NCBI GenBank assembly: GCA_963842815.1
Contig: CAWJHU010000001.1
Location: 12,866 to 76,865 of the forward strand
Reading direction: 5' to 3'
Source of the DNA: Candidatus Nomurabacteria bacterium
Lineage (GTDB): Bacteria > Patescibacteriota > Minisyncoccia > Phycocordibacterales > UBA9973
DNA length: 64,000 bases
This document shows positions 46,387-56,208 of this stretch, piece after piece (the first letter of the stretch is position 1; each line of letters opens with the position of its first letter). The notes below the pieces were generated by a model that saw only the letters and a list, made by a program, of their open reading frames with translations, was not told the DNA's origin and did no database searches. The position numbers were made by a program, and so were the translations under genes.

Positions 46387-49153
46387 TTACTGCATCGAGG
46401 TATACCTAACCATGATTTCTTTCTCCACTTCTTCACGGTCGCGGCCGTATTTCATATAGGAAAGCTGTTTCAAGCTATCTACAATTTCTTTATTCCCCTC
46501 TTTCGGCGCTAATGTTTTTATATTAAAAGGTTTTGTCGGCTGACCATTTACCAGCATACTCATGTAGGCATTATAATTATCCAACTTGGTTATGTCTTGG
46601 GCAGAAAATATTGGTTTAAATTTTGGCTCTAAAAATGTCGCGTCTTCGGTGCCTACTCGGAATACTGCCATTGAGCCGACGTTGCCGAAAACCGCATTTT
46701 TTATATTTTCTTCCAATTGAGTGATATATTGGTGGGCAATGTTTAAAGACAATCTGTATTTTCTGGCTTCGGACAAAATAGAAGCGATAGAGTCAGTGGT
46801 GACATTTTGGAATTCGTCTATATAAAGATAAAAATCATTTATTGGCTTGCCAAACATATCTACCCGAGAAAGCGCCGCCATTTGAATTTTACCGACAAGC
46901 ACCAAACCAATCAGATTCGCATTGATATCACCTAGTCTTCCTTTGGAAAGATTAACTAATAGAATTTTTTTCTCATCCATAATTTTGCGGAAATTGAAAA
47001 CGGAATTTTGCTGAAGCACTACCGGACGCATAATGTCGTTAGAAATAAAATTGTCGAATTTTGAGGAAATATAGGGCACAAAATTTGCCAAAGATTGGTC
47101 TCCTGTTGTTTGTTCAGCTGAAACCCAGAACTGCTTGATGATGGGATTTTTGCATTTAGCCAATTTCATATCGCGGAATTCTTTGTCGGCTAAAACTCGG
47201 GTGATTTCGAGTAATGTCGAGCCCGATTCCGGGTCTTCCATCACCAAGAAGGCGCTATTTCTAAAATATTGTTCAAACATCGCTCCGCCTCCGATTTTCA
47301 TATCAAAAAGTTTGTTGAAAATTCCCATCATTTCATTTACCACAAAAGTTTTCTGCTCCGGATATTTCGGGTCATATTCCAGCATATTAAGTCCCATCGG
47401 CCTTGCCGTGTAAGCCGGGTCAAAATAAATTACATCGTCAATTCTTTCCTTGGGGATGCGAGATAAAATGGTCTGAATATCCGTGCCGTGCGGGTCAATA
47501 TAACAGCAACCATCGCCATTTCTGATGTCCTGGGTAATCATATTGAGCATAATATTTGTCTTGCCCGTTCCCGTCTGGCCGATGGTATAAAAATGCCTCA
47601 TGCGGTCTTCCCGGGACATATGAATCACTGTGTCCTTTCCCCTGATAACTATTTACACCTAAAGTTATTCCTGTTTGTTGCCCTGCTACTTCCAAAGGCG
47701 CTGGGGCAATACCGGCTTTGGCTTCTTTTAATTGAGGCTGGCTTCCTATGCCCACCGGAAAATGAAATACGGAAGAAAGTTCCTTGAGATTCATTGGTAA
47801 AATTTTGTCATCCGAAAATATACGATAAGAAAAATCGTGGAAAAGTTCCTTCAACCCGCTGCCGGAAATTCTCTCAAACAAAAAAGAGTTGCTGGTTGAT
47901 TCCGTAAATTGATTGAAGGAAGATTCTATTTCCGACAAGATCATGGCGGCTCTTTCTTTAGTTTTTGCCGAAGCGACCACGCGAATGTTTGCTTTCATAA
48001 TGGTGCTTTTCATTTTGTTGTTTATTTTCTCCACTGCTCCTTCATCCACTGCACTTCTGCCAGCCATATATTTTTCCTTCACTTCCTCTTTCTTTTTTGC
48101 CCCAAATAAAAAATCTTTTGAGGCTTTAAAAAATGCTTTGTTGAATTTATAAAAATTATCCGCCGCGTGCCTGACAGACATTCCGCTTTTAACATCATCC
48201 AAAATTAAATGAAATTCATCTATGAATTTTTCTCCGGCAGGAGCTATGACCAGCTGAATAGCCGCACCCTCTCCCTGGGTTTCCAATCTTGAAAAAACAT
48301 TCAGCAGTGTGTTCATCGGGTCATGGTCGATTTGGTCATAGGTTTTTATGGGAAGCACGGAACGCTCCGAAAAATTAGCATAGGCCCCGATGGAAGCGCC
48401 TTTTTCATTAAAAATATTATAATCATCCGTTACTTCGCGAATTTTCGCATCATGATAAAAAGCGAGAATTTGCTTTTCAAAAAGCGAGATGTGTTTATTG
48501 GGGATGGCGGCATAAATTATTACTTCGTCCGTGTCGTTGCTGAGGGCTATTTCCAAGGTATAATAATTTTCTTTTTCATTATTTTTCCCCTCCGAAATGG
48601 ACTGCATGCCAGCATAAAATTGTTCCATGGCACCAATAAATTCTTTGAAACTTTTTTGCTTGTCGGCTTCATCTCTGGGAGGCGGAAGAGTTATTTCAAA
48701 AAGGGTCATATTCAGAGATTTATAAAGAGGCGTTCCTTCTTTCAGGTCGGACACTTTGCCAGTTTTCAAATATTGAATCAAGATGCGATGAAAATCGTCA
48801 TCAATGTGCGGATTGGCCATCATTTCTACCACAGAGAGCGCGTTGCGAATTCCCTTGGTTATGACAATACCCAAGAGTTCTTCCATAATGCTGTCGTGGG
48901 TTTCCGGCTTGAGCGCAAGCACTATTTTTTCCGCTTCCTTTTTATTCAGAACATTGTCTTTATGAATAACTTCTTCCAGAGGTTTTTGTTTATATTCTCC
49001 TATGACATCTCTGACTGCATTTTCGTTTGCATGTTCAAAGCGTCCCTTGTCTACGAGCTCCTGTTCCCGCTTGGCCACATGGGCGCGCAAATAATCAAGC
49101 TCTTCTTCCGGAGTTTTGAACTTGGGCATTCCACTCAAAAGTGATCCTTCCAT
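46387..49153 (-). CDS. Large P-loop ATPase with a TraD/VirD4/TrwB-like (DUF87-type) C-terminal domain and a ~550-aa N-terminal extension; split by a frameshift near 47600-47650
   Basis: Walker A 'GQTGTGKT', and a C-terminal 'RKYRLSLNIAHQYITQLEENIKNAVFGNVGSMAVFRVGTEDATFL' typical of coupling-protein ATPases. The two ORFs overlap by 134 nt in different frames. Confidence 0.55.
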
Positions 49154-49175
49154 AAATATATTATAGCACAGCTAT

Positions 49176-49259
49176 TTTGAAAGAATTTTAAGAGTCGTGG
49201 GTTCCCTGTCCTTATGACTCCGAGGGCGAAGGCTCAAAAATTCTTTCAAAATAGCTGTG
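49176..49259. other. 24-bp perfect inverted repeat (gcacagctattttgaaagaatttt / aaaattctttcaaaatagctgtgc) enclosing a 36-nt structured loop, between map and the ATPase gene
   Basis: Read directly from the sequence. The loop itself contains a gagtc...gactc pairing. Confidence 0.7.
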
Positions 49260-49260
49260 C

Positions 49261-50031
49261 TTAGATTTTAGTTAATATTTCAGGCTCACCTTCGGTAATC
49301 AAAATCGTATGTTCAAAATGCGCGCTTCTTTTTCCGTCGGCAGTGCGAAAAGTCCACCCATCTTTATCCAGAACCACATTTTTTGTCCCATTATTCAGCA
49401 TAGGTTCTATGGCTATAATCATTCCGGGCACAAGTTTTGCTCCTGTCCCAGCCTTACCAAAATTCGGCACATAGGGGTCTTCATGGATAGCCCGTCCGAC
49501 GCCATGCCCGGACAAAATTTCCACTATTCCGTATCGATATTTGCGAACAAAATTTTCTATGGAATTTCCAATATCTCCTATCCTGTTCCCTTCCTGGGCC
49601 GCATTGATGCCAACCTGTAATGCTTTTTCGGTTACTTCCAAAAGTTTTCTGGAAGATGCGCTTACTTCCCCCACCGGCACGGTAATGGCCATATCAGTAA
49701 AAAGATTTTTGTGCTTCAACAATAAATCCAGAGAAACAATATCCCCTTCCTGTAAAATTTTATTTTTGTTTGGGATACCATGCACCACTTCATTGTTTAC
49801 CGAAACACACAAAGATGCCGGGTAGGGAGAATCCGCTCCTTCTGGACGATAATGCAACGAGGCCGGCTCATCTCCCATTTCTCTGATTAATTTCTCCGCG
49901 TATTTATCCAACTCCCAAGTGGAAATTCCCGGTTTAACTATTTCTTTTACTTTATACAAAACGGTAGCCAGCCTTTTGCCGCCTTCTCGTATTATTTCTA
50001 TTTCCTTTGGCGTTTTAATTATTATTGCCAT
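49261..50031 (-). CDS. map: Methionine aminopeptidase type I
   Basis: 256 aa with metal ligands in 'DMAITVPVG', 'HGVGRAIHE' and 'EHTILIT' contexts. Confidence 0.85.
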   Translation of the reverse strand: MAIIIKTPKEIEIIREGGKRLATVLYKVKEIVKPGISTWELDKYAEKLIREMGDEPASLHYRPEGADSPYPASLCVSVNNEVVHGIPNKNKILQEGDIVSLDLLLKHKNLFTDMAITVPVGEVSASSRKLLEVTEKALQVGINAAQEGNRIGDIGNSIENFVRKYRYGIVEILSGHGVGRAIHEDPYVPNFGKAGTGAKLVPGMIIAIEPMLNNGTKNVVLDKDGWTFRTADGKRSAHFEHTILITEGEPEILTKI

Positions 50032-50075
50032 ATGTTTACATTACAGAACAAAAACGTAATTTGCAAATATATCCA

Positions 50076-50108
50076 CCCCGCCCTTTGGGCACCCCTCAAG
50101 AGGGGAAT
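50076..50108. repeat. Inverted-repeat arm flanking DUF559 gene 2 (ccaccccgccctttgggcacccctcaagaggggaatt)
   Basis: The reverse complement matches 50505-50552 (aattcccctcttgaggggtgc...gcggggtgg). Confidence 0.7.
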
Positions 50109-50569
50109 TTTAATTCCAACTCATTTTTTCTTTTGCTTATTATTTCTACCACTAATTGATAAACATTGCCTATATTTTTCTTCACATCAATATCAGGTAT
50201 TCTAATTACCTGTAAATTTACACTCTGCATAAAATTGTCTCTTTCAGCATCATATTCTTCTTTATCATCATGACTTGAACCATCTATTTCAAAAACCAAG
50301 CCTAACTCGGGAATAAAAAAATCAACAACATAATTACCTATTATGACTTGCCGATCAATATCAAAACCTAATTTCTTTTTGTCTTTAAATGTTTGCCAAA
50401 ATATAACTTCTGATAAATTTCCTGCTCTTCTTAAATCTTTTGCCCTATCAGTTAATAATTTATTTTTTGGAATTTTCCAGTATGGGTATAAGGATTTTGG
50501 GTCCCATAATTCCCCTCTTGAGGGGTGCTTCGACTTTAGTCGGAGCGGGGTGGGTAATTTATTTTCCAT
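50096..50569 (-). CDS. DUF559 (Vsr/REase-fold) protein, second copy
   Basis: 'VIIGNYVVDFFIPELGLVFEIDGSSHDDKEEYDAERDNFMQSVNLQVIRIPDIDV'. The N-terminus is partly encoded by the flanking inverted repeat. Confidence 0.65.
   Translation of the reverse strand: MENKLPTPLRLKSKHPSRGELWDPKSLYPYWKIPKNKLLTDRAKDLRRAGNLSEVIFWQTFKDKKKLGFDIDRQVIIGNYVVDFFIPELGLVFEIDGSSHDDKEEYDAERDNFMQSVNLQVIRIPDIDVKKNIGNVYQLVVEIISKRKNELELKFPS
50505..50552. repeat. Inverted-repeat arm flanking DUF559 gene 2
   Basis: See 50076-50108. Confidence 0.7.
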
Positions 50570-51245
50570 ATTTAGCTAGTAAATCTTCACGTGTCATAAA
50601 TGCTTTTGCTATGGGTCTGTTTTCTTCAAGAAAATGTTCTTTTCTTTCTTCTTCTGAAATATCACCAACAATAATAAAGCCTAATTTTTCTAAAAGTAAA
50701 GGATTTTTTGCAACTATCCAAGAAATTGCATATACTCTTTTAATATTAGGGTAAGATTTTATTAATTCAGCTAATTTAATTAGACCATTTATTATTTCTT
50801 TTTTAAAATTTCCTATTCCTTCTTTTTTTATAAATTCTGTTGCAGGAAGAAGATGAATAAGTGTTTCGTCTTCTTCTCCTAATCCTGCAAATAGAACTTC
50901 GCTCAGTTTCAAGTTTCCATCCTTACTTAAAATTTCCTGTCTTCCTATTTTTTCAAAAATTTCCGGTTGTGTAGCTTTTATTATTATAAATGGTTCTAAA
51001 ACTTTTAATAAATGAGATATAGAAGTTTGTCTATCTTTTATGTTTACGCTTTCTCTGACTCCTTTAACGATTCCTTCTTTATCAAAAACCAAACCACCTC
51101 TTTGATAGGACTCCAATCTTAAAATAAATTTATCTATATTAGAATCTAATTCTCGTGGATTATCAAAAAGTCTCTCAAGACTATTTTTTAATTCTTCTTT
51201 GGCAGTATTGATTTTTATCTGTTCTGAAAGTGGATTTTGTTCCAT
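50559..51245 (-). CDS. Hypothetical protein
   Basis: ORF of ~228 aa taken from the internal Met 'MEQNPLSEQ'. I recognise no motif. Confidence 0.35.
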   Translation of the reverse strand: MEQNPLSEQIKINTAKEELKNSLERLFDNPRELDSNIDKFILRLESYQRGGLVFDKEGIVKGVRESVNIKDRQTSISHLLKVLEPFIIIKATQPEIFEKIGRQEILSKDGNLKLSEVLFAGLGEEDETLIHLLPATEFIKKEGIGNFKKEIINGLIKLAELIKSYPNIKRVYAISWIVAKNPLLLEKLGFIIVGDISEEERKEHFLEENRPIAKAFMTREDLLAKYGK

Positions 51246-51250
51246 TTTAT

Positions 51251-51931
51251 TTAACTGATTACCGTTCCTAAAAACTTTTCCCCATTTAAACACTTAGCCA
51301 AATTATCTATCGGTTTGCCGTTCATAATAATCACTTCCATTCCTTCTTTTTCTGCCACCTCCGAGGCAACCGGATCAAATGGCGAATTAAGGCCCGGGTT
51401 CCATTCTTTGGGAATTAATTTTCTGTATTCTGGCCAAGAAATTTGCTCAAATTTCTTGGCATTCGGGTTTATCCTTGGATCGGAATCATAGACATAATCA
51501 GTGTTAGATAAATTAATTATCTTTTTTGCGCCAAGTGTTTTTGCTCCTACAACCGCATCAAAATCCGTACTGCGCCCCGGTCCGAAAGCCGAACCGATGA
51601 CAATCGGTTTTTCAAAAGTAAAATGAGTGGAAAGATCCGCGATTACTTCTTTATGCGCATATTCGCCAAAAATAATTCTTAATAATTCCGCATTTAATTT
51701 TAAAGAGGCTATGCCTATCCAATCAAGGTCTTCCGGAGAGGGATTAGACAATTCTTTGGCGGCATCTTGATACTTCCGGCAGATTTTTCCTCCACCGGTA
51801 ATAATCACAAACTTTCTACCTTTCACGATTTGAGAAAGAATCAGGGCTTTAAAATCTCTTAAAAAATTCAGGTCCAAATTTTCAGGGATAATAAGCGAGC
51901 CCCCGAGTGAAATTACTATGGTTTCTTCCAT
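51251..51931 (-). CDS. pyrH: UMP kinase (amino-acid-kinase fold)
   Basis: 'VISLGGSLI', 'VIITGGG', and 'KFEQISWPEY' typical of UMP kinases. Confidence 0.7.
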   Translation of the reverse strand: MEETIVISLGGSLIIPENLDLNFLRDFKALILSQIVKGRKFVIITGGGKICRKYQDAAKELSNPSPEDLDWIGIASLKLNAELLRIIFGEYAHKEVIADLSTHFTFEKPIVIGSAFGPGRSTDFDAVVGAKTLGAKKIINLSNTDYVYDSDPRINPNAKKFEQISWPEYRKLIPKEWNPGLNSPFDPVASEVAEKEGMEVIIMNGKPIDNLAKCLNGEKFLGTVIS

Positions 51932-51934
51932 GTA

Positions 51935-52534
51935 TTAAAAATTTAATGCCTTAATAATATCTTTATGAACATTTTCTATGGTTTGCTCTCCATTTATTTC
52001 AATAAAGTTATATCCGGTTTTATTTTTAAAATATTCAACAGAGGGCAATACATCTCTTTCATACCAGCCAAGTCTATTTTTTATTTTTTCCGGAGTATCA
52101 TCGGAACGTTTTCTTTCCATCATTCGGGCATAGGACCATTCTTTTGAAACATTTATTAAGATAATATTTGGGTTTTTTATTTTATAAAAATCAAAAGCAG
52201 AATCAAGGGCAATCGCTTCTTCTTTTCTTCGGCAAACACCATCTAATATCATATCTTCCTTGCCGGTAAAATTTTTAACCATGAAATCAGTCCATATCCA
52301 TATGGGTAAAAATACTGGAATTAAATGTCCTTCTTTTAAAATATTTTGAATATTTTTATTAGTTAAAGCCTCCCCCTTTGTGAGTTCTCTAAAGGTGCTA
52401 CCTGTTTCAACACACAAAACATCCCTTCCGTTATTTTTTAAGTATTTTGCTAATAATTCGGTTTGGACCCCTTTTCCACACCCAGATCGCCCAAAAAATA
52501 CAAAAGCTTGTGAATTCATACAAAAAGAATACAC
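51935..52534 (-). CDS. adk: Adenylate kinase (short form)
   Basis: P-loop 'FFGRSGCGKG' and a position immediately after secY. Confidence 0.65.
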   Translation of the reverse strand: MYSFCMNSQAFVFFGRSGCGKGVQTELLAKYLKNNGRDVLCVETGSTFRELTKGEALTNKNIQNILKEGHLIPVFLPIWIWTDFMVKNFTGKEDMILDGVCRRKEEAIALDSAFDFYKIKNPNIILINVSKEWSYARMMERKRSDDTPEKIKNRLGWYERDVLPSVEYFKNKTGYNFIEINGEQTIENVHKDIIKALNF

Positions 52535-52565
52535 GTTTTTTCAAAAAAAATCAAGAAAAACGAGA

Positions 52566-53837
52566 TTAGTATTCCCTCATTGATATTTGGGCATCCACTT
52601 TTTTGATGAGGTCAAGCACCACAGAAACAACGATGAGAAGAGCTGTCCCGCCGAGAGCGATGGCGGTAATGCCGGTCAAGGAACGCACAATGAGAGGCAA
52701 AACGGCAATGAAGCCGAGGAAAACTGCGCCGAGCAAAGTAATACGACTCAGAACTTTTGAAATGTATTGAGAAGTAGATAATCCCGGACGGATACCCGGA
52801 ATAAATGCGCCATTTTTTTGCAGATTGGTAGCTAACGCTTCAGGGTCAAAAGTGACCGCAGTATAAAAGTAAGTGAAAAGAAATACCAAAATAAAGTAAA
52901 GCACGGCATAAAGCACGCTGGTTTGGGTAAAGGAAACAAGCACTTTGGAGATGGAAAGCAAAACAGAATTTGTGGAACTTGCCAAGAAATTACCAATCAT
53001 TTGAGGAAAAAGCAGAAGAGAAAGGGCAAAAATTATCGGAATAACTCCGGCTTGGTTAACCCGCAGAGGAATATAGGTTGAACCTCCGCCATACATTTTC
53101 ATTCCTCTTACCTGCTTGGCATAAGTCACCGGAATAGGACGTTCCGCTTCCGTAACCACCACCACTCCGGCAATCACAGCCGCGCCGGCTACGATAAACA
53201 TTAGAAAGAGAGGAATTTGGGAAACATCAAAAGTAAAGAGCAACTGGCTTACTTCCGTCGGAATTCTTGAAACAATACCGGCGAAGATTATTAAGGACAC
53301 CCCATTTCCAATACCGAATTCGGACATAAGTTCACCAAGCCACATCAACAGCATTGAACCTGAAACCACAATAATTAAATTGGTAACGCGGTCAAAAGCC
53401 GTCAAATTTACTAAGATCTTTTGGCCTTCCAAAATAGCCAAAAGGCTAAATCCCTGGATGGCGGCCAAAGGAATGGTAAGCATTCTTGAATATTGGGTGA
53501 ATTTCTTCCTGCCCGCTTCGCCTTCTTCATGATAAATTCTTTTTAAAGCAGGAACCATGATGGTCAGAAGTTGCATGATAATGGAACTGGTGATGTAAGG
53601 CCCCACTCCAAGCATTATAATGGAAAGATTGGAAAGCCCGCCGCCGGAAAATATATTCAGGATGCCGAAGAATTGGTTATTATTGAGAAATTGATTGAGG
53701 GCCACCGTATCAATTCCCGGGATGGGAACAGCGGCCAGTAATCTGAAAATTACCAAAGCAAAAAGAACAAACAAAACTCTCTTTCGCAAAATGGTGTCGG
53801 TCCAAATCAGTTTTATTTTATTCCAAAAATTTTCCAT
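52566..53837 (-). CDS. secY: Preprotein translocase subunit SecY
   Basis: 423 aa with 10 TM helices and a position after rplO. Confidence 0.9.
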   Translation of the reverse strand: MENFWNKIKLIWTDTILRKRVLFVLFALVIFRLLAAVPIPGIDTVALNQFLNNNQFFGILNIFSGGGLSNLSIIMLGVGPYITSSIIMQLLTIMVPALKRIYHEEGEAGRKKFTQYSRMLTIPLAAIQGFSLLAILEGQKILVNLTAFDRVTNLIIVVSGSMLLMWLGELMSEFGIGNGVSLIIFAGIVSRIPTEVSQLLFTFDVSQIPLFLMFIVAGAAVIAGVVVVTEAERPIPVTYAKQVRGMKMYGGGSTYIPLRVNQAGVIPIIFALSLLLFPQMIGNFLASSTNSVLLSISKVLVSFTQTSVLYAVLYFILVFLFTYFYTAVTFDPEALATNLQKNGAFIPGIRPGLSTSQYISKVLSRITLLGAVFLGFIAVLPLIVRSLTGITAIALGGTALLIVVSVVLDLIKKVDAQISMREY

Positions 53838-53838
53838 T

Positions 53839-54150
53839 TTATTTTATGTCTATTTTGCCACCCCTGAGAGACAAACGTTTTCTTATTTCGGAAAAACTTT
53901 CTTGTTTGCCGTCCACGGAAAGAACTTTTTCTTTGGGAAGCAATACTTTCCTGTTGATGGACTTAAATTGATATCCGCGATTTTTGGGTAGCTTCTTAAT
54001 GATATCACGAAGTTCCAGACGGCGCTTATTGCCTGCCCGAGCCGTTTGACCTTTGCCTCCCCGACCGGAAGTTTTAGCGTGTTTTCCCCCGCGTCCTATC
54101 AGGCGGTCTTTTTTATTCTTATGTTGTCTCTTTAAATTATGTATTTGCAT
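53839..54150 (-). CDS. rplO: Ribosomal protein L15 (short)
   Basis: 'GRGGKHAKTSGRGGKGQTARAG'. The start is taken at 'MQIHNLK'. No L30 gene lies between S5 and L15. Confidence 0.8.
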   Translation of the reverse strand: MQIHNLKRQHKNKKDRLIGRGGKHAKTSGRGGKGQTARAGNKRRLELRDIIKKLPKNRGYQFKSINRKVLLPKEKVLSVDGKQESFSEIRKRLSLRGGKIDIK

Positions 54151-54151
54151 A

Positions 54152-54724
54152 TTATTTTTCCTTTTCCACTTCCGGGACAATTATTTCTTTATTGGCAATA
54201 ATAATACTCTCTGGAATAATTTTCGTATATTTTGAGGAAATTTGGGAAAGGGCCGCCATCACCGCTTTGGCATTGTTCAATTTGTTCTTGCTGCCGGAAA
54301 AAATTTTCCCGGTAATATCTTTCAGGCCAGCTAATTTTACAATATCTCGAACCACCGATCCCGCCACCAATCCACGGCCTTTATTGGGCATAAGCATGAC
54401 ATGGGAACTTGAAAATTTGGCGGAAACTTCATGGGGAATAGACATGGTCTTGGTAAGTTTTAATCGAATCATATTTTTCTTGGCATTTCTGACTGCTTTA
54501 TTGATAGCCAGAGAAGTATCTCCCGCTTTTCCCAAACCCAAACCAATGGAACCTTTTTTATCGCCGGCCACCAAAGCAACACTGAAAGAAAATCTGCGTC
54601 CTCCGGCCACCACACGGGTCACTCGGCGAATACTCAAAATTTTCTGGTCAAATTCCGGCTTGGGTCGGCCAAAAGACGATGCTCTTCGTCCGTTATTCTT
54701 TTTTTTGTTTTCTTCTTCTTCCAT
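54152..54724 (-). CDS. rpsE: Ribosomal protein S5
   Basis: 'RVTRVVAGGRRFSFSVALVAGDKKGSIGLGLGKA'. Confidence 0.9.
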   Translation of the reverse strand: MEEEENKKKNNGRRASSFGRPKPEFDQKILSIRRVTRVVAGGRRFSFSVALVAGDKKGSIGLGLGKAGDTSLAINKAVRNAKKNMIRLKLTKTMSIPHEVSAKFSSSHVMLMPNKGRGLVAGSVVRDIVKLAGLKDITGKIFSGSKNKLNNAKAVMAALSQISSKYTKIIPESIIIANKEIIVPEVEKEK

Positions 54725-54738
54725 ATATTTGTATTATA

Positions 54739-55080
54739 TTAAAATTTAAGTCCGGCAACTCGCGCTTCGTCGGCTACTAATTTTATCCGACCGGTATATT
54801 TAAATCCGTTTCGGTCAAAAACAACTTTATCAATTTTTATTTTTTTGCAAGCTTCCGCAATCATTTTTCCAACTTGCTTGGCTCTTTCGGTTTTTGTTCC
54901 TTTGGTCATTTTAACATCACTGGCCTGTGTCAGAGTCTTGCTTTTTTGGTCATCAATAACTTGCGCGTAAATAAATTTGTTGGAACGAAAAACAGAAAGT
55001 CTTGGGCGCGCCAAGGTGCCGGCAATTTTTGCTCTGATTTTGCTTTTAATCTTATTCTTTTTTCATCTTTTTTAATCATA
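54739..55080 (-). CDS. rplR: Ribosomal protein L18, with an apparent frameshift in its N-terminal region (~55030-55045)
   Basis: 'ARPRLSVFRSNKFIYAQVIDD' is in one frame, while the upstream 'MIKKDEKRIRLKAK' and 'KIAGTLARPRL' are recoverable only by a 1-nt shift in an A-run. Confidence 0.75.
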
Positions 55081-55084
55081 TATT

Positions 55085-55618
55085 TTAGGCTGTTTTCTTG
55101 CCTTGTTTTCGTCTAATAACTTCTCCTTCATAGCGCATTCCTTTACCCTTATATGGCTCCGGTTTTTTAAGCGCACGAATCATTGCCGTAAAGCTTCCCA
55201 CTAATTCCTTGTCAATTCCGCTGATGGTAATATTATTTTTTTCGGCTGTGGCAGTAATGCCTTCCGGAATTTTAACAATAACCGGATGAGAAAATCCCAA
55301 AGCAAAAACAAATTCTTTTCCTTTTACTTCGGATTTAAATCCGACTCCTTCCAAGATTAATTTCTTTTGATAGGGCGTCTCCACCCCCTGAATCATATTT
55401 TTTATATGCGAAGCATAAGTGCCCCAGAGAGACTTGGAAAATTTGTCGTTTCTTTTTATATTTAAAGTTATTATTTTATCTCCTATGTTAAAAGTAATAT
55501 CGTCCCGGAAGGTTTTGCTGATGGTTCCCTTGGGGCCTACCACTTTCAAAACAGCGCCACTTTTTGTGACTTGCACTCCTTTTGGTATTTGTATTTCTTG
55601 TTTGCCTATTCTACTCAT
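55085..55618 (-). CDS. rplF: Ribosomal protein L6
   Basis: 177 aa, 'MSRIGKQEIQIPKGVQV'. Confidence 0.9.
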   Translation of the reverse strand: MSRIGKQEIQIPKGVQVTKSGAVLKVVGPKGTISKTFRDDITFNIGDKIITLNIKRNDKFSKSLWGTYASHIKNMIQGVETPYQKKLILEGVGFKSEVKGKEFVFALGFSHPVIVKIPEGITATAEKNNITISGIDKELVGSFTAMIRALKKPEPYKGKGMRYEGEVIRRKQGKKTA

Positions 55619-55623
55619 AAAAT

Positions 55624-56010
55624 TTACCAGATTTTAAATAATGCTTCCCCTCCGACCTGTTCTTTTCTCGCTTCTTTGCCAGACAAAATTCCTTTGGGCG
55701 TTGAAAGTACCAGAAGCCCGGAACTGTTCCTGACCGAATGAATATCTTTCATTTTAAAATAAACGCGTCGGGATTGTTTGGAAACCCTTTCCACCTCCGT
55801 AATTTTCGGCTTTTTATCCGTGTAAACCAATTCAATTTCCAAAACCGGAAAAGTTTTTTTCACTTTCTTTGAAACTTGCTTCACATATCCTTCTTTCTTC
55901 AGGCATTCAGCAATGGCATTTTTCATTTTGGAATATGGAAAAGTAACAGACTCCTTGCCTGCAAGGCTTCCGTTCTTCAGCATTATTATCATGTTTGAAA
56001 TTGAATCCAT
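55624..56010 (-). CDS. rpsH: Ribosomal protein S8
   Basis: 'MDSISNMIIMLKNGSLAGKESV'. Confidence 0.9.
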   Translation of the reverse strand: MDSISNMIIMLKNGSLAGKESVTFPYSKMKNAIAECLKKEGYVKQVSKKVKKTFPVLEIELVYTDKKPKITEVERVSKQSRRVYFKMKDIHSVRNSSGLLVLSTPKGILSGKEARKEQVGGEALFKIW

Positions 56011-56022
56011 AAAATTTAAAAT

Positions 56023-56208
56023 TTACCAACTTGACTTGCGAACACCCGGAAGCATTCCTTCATTGGCTAATTCTCTGAAACAAATTCGACACACTCCGAA
56101 ATCTCGCATAAAACCATTTCCCCGCCCACAGCGAAAACATCGATTTTTCTGTCGAGTGGAAAATTTCGGTTTTTTTGCTGCTCTCGCTTTAACTGATGTT
56201 TTTGCCAT
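56023..56208 (-). CDS. rpsZ: Ribosomal protein S14 type Z (zinc-binding)
   Basis: 61 aa with CxxC...CxxC. Confidence 0.85.
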   Translation of the reverse strand: MAKTSVKARAAKKPKFSTRQKNRCFRCGRGNGFMRDFGVCRICFRELANEGMLPGVRKSSW

